64,000 nt of DNA. Source: Polyangiales bacterium. Lineage in GTDB: Bacteria > Myxococcota_A > Polyangia > Polyangiales > Ga0077539. The stretch is taken from the NCBI GenBank assembly GCA_044229975.1, contig JBGARZ010000025.1, forward strand, positions 88,714 to 152,713, read 5' to 3'. A model generated the notes under the pieces. It saw nothing but the letters and a program-made list of their open reading frames with translations. It did not search any database and had not been told where the DNA came from. The first letter of the stretch is position 1, and the number at the start of each line of letters is the position of its first letter. Position numbers and translations under genes: made by a program. Shown here piece by piece: positions 63,429-64,000 of this stretch.

Positions 63429-63864
63429 CTACGCCGCCCGCGCCGCAGCCCACGCCGCGCGCAGGTGCGCCTCCAGCTCCCCCTCGATCGCCTCTCCGCC
63501 CGTCACCGCGCGCAGCACCGCCGCCGGGTGCCACGTCAACAGCACCCCGACGCTCGCGCCTCCCGCACCACGCACCCACTGCCCACGCGCCTCCGCCCTC
63601 GCGAGCGGACCCAGCAGCGCCCGCCCCGCCGTCATCCCGAGCGCCACCACCACTCGCGGCCGCACCAGCGCGAGCTCGGCGTCGAGCCACGGCTTGCACG
63701 CACCCACGTCCCGCACCCGCGGCGTCTCGTGCAGCCGTCGCGGACCATCCGCCCGATGTCGGAAATGCTTCACCGCGTTGGTCAGGTACACCTGCTCCGT
63801 CGCAACGCCCGCCGCCGCCAACGCCCGTCGCAGCACCTGCCCCGCGGGCCCGACAAACGGCCTC
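63429..63864 (-). pseudogene. 3' part of a UdgX-like uracil-DNA glycosylase/binding protein, interrupted by IS66
   Basis: RPFVGPAG, YLTNAVKHF, RRLHETP, ACKPWL, TWHPAAVLR; the N-terminus is replaced by the IS end. Confidence 0.8.
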
Positions 63865-64000
63865 GTAAGCGTTCAGGCCCCAACTCCATTGGACAAGAGT
63901 TCGGGCGGGATGAGCGACGGCGCCACCACGCCGCGCAGCTTCGCGGAGATGGCGTCGCACAGGAAGGCGAAGACGCTCCGGGCATGCTGACGGCAGGTCG
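63865..64000 (-). mobile_element. End of an IS66 family element (transposase C-terminus and terminal IR)
   Basis: Terminus GTAAGCGTTCAG at 63865; minus-strand frame TCRQHARSVFAFLCDAISAKLRGVVAPSLIP...* resembles IS66 transposase ends. Confidence 0.8.

Overview
High-GC window whose gene content (Glt-like TPR operon, CorE-like sigma factor, many Cys-rich lipoproteins) points to a myxobacterium (Myxococcota); this taxonomy is inferred. The left ~33 kb appears to be a genomic island integrated at tRNA-Sec (selC, 33234-33331, minus strand). It carries a tyrosine integrase whose ORF reads antisense through the tRNA and an upstream excisionase-like gene. Island cargo is a dense copper/heavy-metal module: CzcCBA with BlaI/M56, two ECF sigma factors, CopA, CopZ, two multicopper oxidases, a cupredoxin, c-type cytochromes and a Rieske protein. 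It also holds a DUF692 (MNIO)/DUF2063 RiPP-type cluster with an unusual lipoprotein-like precursor, a block of Cys-rich lipoproteins (pacifastin-like and S74 auto-chaperone domains) and several pseudogenes. Two repeated ECF-type promoter motifs found by reading the sequence (GGTCAC-N17-CTAG and TGTAA-N17-CGTC) suggest two sigma regulons; the first links the MNIO cluster to a tiny Cys-Cys repeat peptide and an ECF/anti-sigma pair. The right part is backbone-like: ECF/anti-sigma, a Glt-like operon (gltD-like gene frameshifted near its 3' end), glycosylation, peptidase and repair genes, and an IS66 element inserted in a UdgX-like gene at the window end. All family calls are from motif recognition only; no database searches were run.
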